A stretch of DNA of 12,402 nucleotides. Origin: Octopus sinensis (Eukaryota). Position numbers and translations under genes: made by a program. The notes beneath the pieces were generated by a model. That model saw nothing but the letters and a program-made list of their open reading frames with translations, searched no databases and was not told the DNA's origin. Shown here piece after piece: positions 8,504 through 12,402 of this stretch. Every line of letters begins with the position of its first letter. The first letter of the stretch is position 1. Location of the stretch: the NCBI RefSeq assembly GCF_006345805.1, contig NW_021826625.1, forward strand, positions 1 to 12,402, given 5' to 3'.

Positions 8504-8939
8504 TTTATTTATCAAAATATAAAAGGAATTTAGAAAAAATCAATCTAATGGTTATGAAGTGTGCATTCCAGGAAATACGAATCAGAGGGGTCCATAGGTA
8601 AAAAAAAGAGGTTGAGAGTCACTGGTTTAATTAAGGGCCAGACTCAACACTTGTCTTTATTCCTTTGAAGCATAACAATTATAAATGGACACAAGGAGAA
8701 TATGTTACTATTCTCGATGCATATTTTACAGCTACATTCTACCCCCAAACCGAGGCCGAAAGTGTATTTTCAGATAGCAGATGGTATGAATTCTGTTGTC
8801 GCTTCGACAGATGATGGCTCAAGATGATGCAACTGTGCAGTGTTCTTAAATTGTGATTGTGTTGATTCTGGTGGCTTGGTTTGCTGAACAACCTGCACCA
8901 TAAATATTGTTATAGTGTGTGTGCAGTGTACAGAGACGG

Positions 8940-9100
8940 TCCCACGCTCCCGTCCTCTACATTTGCGCTGGTGTGGTACAACAAGTACCACGACACCAAT
9001 AGTTATCAGGATCTAGGATTTGTATGGAGTCACCTTCTTTCAGATGAGCAGCTAAAGAGCTGAACGGCATCATCTGTTCTTGGCTTGCTGAGGTCTTAGT
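8940..9100 (-). pseudogene. Possible decayed Ty3/Gypsy pol C-terminal (post-integrase) fragment
   Basis: Minus-strand peptides QQAKNR*CRSA (9058-9090), LKEGDSIQILDPDNYW (8996-9043) and VEDG (8949-8960) occur in the order of the Gypsy tail pattern QxKQKxYYDRxA..LxxGDxVxIxD..W..TEDG, but across frameshifts. Weak; a Tudor/MBT-like exon is an alternative. Confidence 0.28.
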
Positions 9101-9248
9101 GGATCTGATTCCTTCCGGTGACAATTCCATGACATGCTAATTAAACCCCTAATTGGGCTGGCGTTACTATTCCTAGTCAGAGTAAAACGGGGAACAAGGG
9201 AACAATAGCGATAATCTAAGAAGAGGTATATGGAAACCAAAAGAAACC

Positions 9249-9480
9249 ATATTTCTTTATTGCCCACAAGGGGCTAAACGTAGACGGGACAAATAAGGAC
9301 AGACAAGGGGATTAAGTCGATTATATCGACCCCAGTGTGTAACTGGTACTTAATTTATCGACCCCGAAAGAATGAAAGGCAAAGTCGACCTCAGCGGAAT
9401 TTAAACTCAGAACGCAACAGCTGACGAAATACCGGTAAGCATTTCGCCCGGCTTGCTAACGTTTCTGCAAACTCACCAGC
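9249..9480 (-). mobile_element. Near full-length tRNA-derived SINE
   Basis: Minus strand: tRNA-like head with A-box-like TTGCAGAAACGTTAG and B-box-like GAGTTTAAATTCC; central GCCTTTCATTCTTTCGGGGTCGATAAA block; GTCGA-N5-TCGAC hairpin (9316-9330); tail ending in AATAAAGAAAT. Two relatives are present in this window. Confidence 0.88.
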
Positions 9481-9600
9481 TCGCATAACCTAAAGAAACC
9501 AGTTATTAAAACACCAAAAAGACCACTAGCCGACATCACGAATGATAAATGAACGAGTAAAATAAAGAAGTAAGCTCTGAGTCCATAAACGGTGATGATA

Positions 9601-9859
9601 GAGTTGCGGCGCAAATTTTGGAACATCGGTATGAAAATTAGAATTTTTAAGATTAAGTGCCAAAGAGTTGTATTAAAAGTGGGAAAATGGTTCCAGAACT
9701 ACATCTTTTCTTTTTCCTATTTTTTTTTCATTTAGATATTGAACATTTGGATCAGTTAGTAGGTAAGTATATCTCTATGTTGTAAATATTTGAATCGAAT
9801 CGTACTTGGGCATAGCAATTTAAAATTTGAAAAATGTTCCAAGCTTTTGGGCACCACTG
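9601..9859. mobile_element. Degenerate Tc1/mariner-type MITE
   Basis: TA at 9599-9600 and 9860-9861; right end (reverse complement) TACAGTGGTGCCCAAAAGCTTGGAACAT vs left end TAGAGTTGCGGCGCAAATTTTGGAACAT, 20/28 identical; CAGTGG terminus is typical of Tc1. Confidence 0.55.
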
Positions 9860-10049
9860 TAGACGAAGAACGTAAAGTAAAGAAATTAAAGAATAAAACA
9901 ACACAAAACTAAAAACTCTACTGTCCAACAAAGGAACGAACTAGAAAAAAAAACGAACAAAAAATGGAAAGTGAATAAGAGAAAGGTTTCAAAATATGAA
10001 ATTTATTATGAAATTCTAAATGTCGAAATCATGAACATGACAATTTCAA

Positions 10050-11739
10050 GAGAAATAATAAAAGAATTAAAACCAGTAGGAATATTCCTGTGAATCAGCA
10101 AATGCACTCCCCAAGGATAAAATTCAATAGAGAAATAGTAACAACGGCAAAGAACGCAAAATCTGGCGGCCATCAAAGACTGATTGAAACCATACAAGAA
10201 CATGACTTTAGTTAAACGAAATAACATTGAACAGTTATATGGAAGTTACGAATGGAATTTGGTTACTCTGTCATATCTATTTATATAGGAATATCAAAAC
10301 TCAACTCAAAGAACATGGAACAGAAACATATAACGAAAAGATAAATGGCTAAATCTTGCAATCCTTCATGGAATCAATAACAACAAAAATAATCAACAGC
10401 GAAAGAAGAGACAAATGTTACAGGAATATGGAATGTGTATATTACGGGAATATAAAATATGTGTTAGAAATAGCTAAAATCAAAGAATGCCTGAAACATG
10501 AGATGTTAATAGATCGCAAAGAAATTCATCGGTTTTAAATATTACCCGTAAGTATTTAGACAAAACAGTCAGTTCGATTTAATCTCAAAATGATTTTAGC
10601 AAGACCTTGATTGAAATATAATAGAAATCAGTTTAAAATTTAGAACAAGAGAAATACAAGAAATATTCAGAGAAATTTGTCCAACGAAGTCACGATGGGG
10701 GCCAAATATTTCCACAGCAAAAAAAAAAAAGAAAGAAAAACACAGAAGTAGCCCAACTCTAGTAGGAACGAAGTTGAAAGCATCAAGAAATTACAATATC
10801 CACAACTTCAGTCTCTTATGGAATGTGCGAACAGAAATATGATATGAAGATGCGATAGTAAAGGCGCTACAGACAACACTTGAGCGACTCACTGAAAAGG
10901 AAGCCATTTTAATTTCTGTACAACCATAATCTCTTTTTCTGCAATTTACAAAGTTTTGATTATAATATCGAAGAGGAAAAATAATATCGGAATGGAAAAA
11001 TAAACATTTGGAGAAAAAGGATATTTTTCAGAAGAGCAGAAAAGATGCTGTAGAGTCTAATAAAGCTATCGAGATTAAAAAGCGATAACTGATGTGTTTT
11101 AAAGAGGAAAGGTTTAAGTATGGCACAGAATGAAATTTAGATATTTAACCTTAAGTGAAGCCGTTCTATTTGACAATAGATGTATTAAACACTTTATGGA
11201 TAAATGCCTAGAATTTTGCTGATAGAGTTAAAAGAAAGATTAATAAAACTAACCCCATGTGACAAATATTCCAAATGTGATCGCAATCTTTGTTTAACTT
11301 CTGTCTGCATCTAAAACATTTAACCAACATGTTAAACCAGTCTAGGATCAGATACAAATGCTATTGTGGAAGAAAGAGTAATCTTGTGTATATAGACGTC
11401 GTAAAGTAGTACACTGCAGATGATAAAGTAGAAACACTGCTACAGATTGTACACAGAGCTAATAGATGAACTGATATGAAATTTGGATTGCAAATTGTGT
11501 CAAATCAAATTAATTATAGGCACTGATAATATTCCGTATAAAGAAATAGAGATAATTGAATTAGAATTCAGATTTACAGATACTTAGAAATCAATTAACT
11601 AAACAGTATACAAAACACGCAGAAGAAAATTCTCTGAAGCAATACTGCATACGCATTAGATAAATGCTTGGGACAAAGTGAAATGTAAAGAATATGTTCA
11701 TAGCTATCAATATTCTAGCGTTCTCTAATAAATTACATA
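10050..11739 (+). mobile_element. Decayed non-LTR retrotransposon (R4/Dong-like) ORF including the reverse-transcriptase domain, with many stops and frameshifts
   Basis: Manual translation gives ordered RT motifs: NFCTTIISFSAIYKVL (10911; NYRPITCLxxxYKIL), KHLEKKDIF/EEQKRCCR (11002-11054; EEQKGC), GLSMA (11111; LSMAWID), IFQM*SQSLFNFCLHL (11266; IFQGDSLSPLLFCL), SNLVYIDVVK*Y (YIDV at 11389-11400 in place of YMDD), MKFGL (11476), YRYLEIN (11575; YKYLG), AINILA (11703). A-rich sense strand. The 5' boundary is approximate. Confidence 0.8.
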
Positions 11740-12157
11740 GGCCTAGGAGTGGCTGTGTGGTAACGTAGCTTACTCATCAACCACATGGTTCTGGGTTCAG
11801 TCCCACTGCGTGGCACCTTGGGCATGTGTCTTCTACTATAGCCTCGGGCTGACCAAAGCCTTGTGAGTGGATTTGGTAAACGGAAACTCAAAGAAGCCCG
11901 TCGTATGTCTGTATATATGTGTGTGTGTGTGTGCGTATGTTTGTGTGTCTGTGTTTGTCCCCCCAACATCGATTGACAACTGATGCTGGTGTGTTTACGT
12001 CCCCGTAACTAAGCAGTTCGGCAAAAGAGACCGATAGAATAAGTACTAGGCTTACAAAGACTAAGTCCTGGGGGGTCGATTTGCTCGACTAAAGGCGGTG
12101 TTCCAGCATGGCCACAGTCAAATGACTGAAACAAGTAAAAGAGTAAGAGTAAAAGAG
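11740..12157 (+). mobile_element. Full-length, young tRNA-derived CORE-type SINE (octopus OR-family-like) with an internal (TA/TG)n tract
   Basis: A-box TGGCTGTGTGG (11750-11760); B-box GGTTCAGTCCC (11794-11804); CORE-like ACCTTGGGCATGT (11815-11827); internal microsatellite at about 11905-11950; GTCGA-N5-TCGAC hairpin (12075-12089); (GTAAAAGA)n tail; interrupts the LINE frame. Confidence 0.92.
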
Positions 12158-12402
12158 TATATTTTCAATTTTAGGCGAAATAATCTCGCAGAACAAGAAG
12201 AGGTGCAATAAAAATGATTCCTAAATTCAGAATACACCACCTGAATTATATTTATCTCAAACACAAAGAAAGAGAGGTAGCTTACTAATGTGATTGGAAC
12301 TTTTTAATGGGTGTCGTTCGCTGCATGACTACAAAATCGTCTGGTAACCAATTACTGAACACAAATACAGAATTACAAATAATAACTACCGTATCTTACT
12401 TG
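12158..12402 (+). mobile_element. Continuation of the R4/Dong-like LINE ORF downstream of the SINE
   Basis: YIFN (12158-12169) continues ..AINILA..IT before the SINE (family pattern AINTLAVPVxTYSF); RIHH..YL..KE (12229 onward) resembles MHHP..RLYLPRxEGGRGL. Confidence 0.7.

Larger units (their letters stand above)
7573..8624. mobile_element. Non-autonomous hAT-superfamily MITE (about 263 bp when empty) interrupted by a Helitron pair
   Basis: TIRs CAGTGCTTCTCAACCT (7573-7588) and reverse-complement CAGTGACTCTCAACCT (8609-8624); 8-bp flanks GTATAAAT (7565-7572) and GTTTAATT (8625-8632) match at 6/8, consistent with an aged hAT TSD; subterminal GTCCAT motifs near both ends. Confidence 0.8.

Noticed and set aside
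9041-9066. CAGATGAG-hairpin-GAAC as a third hammerhead
   Set aside because: U4 is replaced by A, GAAA is incomplete, and there is no stem I/III arrangement.
9421-9446. CTGACGA hammerhead-type core
   Set aside because: It lies in the antisense of the SINE tRNA-like head, and no GAAA follows a stem II.
10356-10538. 60-aa ORF as an independent gene
   Set aside because: It is better explained as a surviving piece of the decayed LINE ORF upstream of the RT domain.
11740-11815. tRNA-like sequence with A and B boxes (also the minus-strand head at 9390-9480)
   Set aside because: No complete cloverleaf or acceptor stem, and it continues into SINE body and tail; it is a SINE head, not a tRNA gene.

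Overview
AT-rich eukaryotic non-coding DNA (intronic or intergenic). The repeat families look like those of an octopus or other coleoid cephalopod genome; this is an inference from remembered SINE consensus sequences, not from a search. No intact protein-coding gene is supported, and almost all ORF-track entries are microsatellite artefacts. About a fifth to a quarter of the window is (TA)n/(TG)n/(TATG)n/(TATC)n simple repeat. The rest is layered mobile DNA: (1) a decayed R4/Dong-like LINE reverse transcriptase (about 10050-12402) split by a young tRNA/CORE-type SINE (11740-12157); (2) five further SINE copies or fragments; (3) a hAT MITE (7573-8624) carrying a head-to-tail pair of non-autonomous Helitrons (7715-8103, 8104-8503); (4) a degenerate Tc1/mariner MITE; (5) an orphan pogo/Tigger-like end. 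The most interesting signals are two tandem type-I hammerhead-ribozyme-like motifs (898-945, 1022-1063), one with a non-canonical core, the Helitron dimer with swapped internal cassettes, and a hairpin module shared between different SINE families. One weak candidate exon (3473-3590) is noted.
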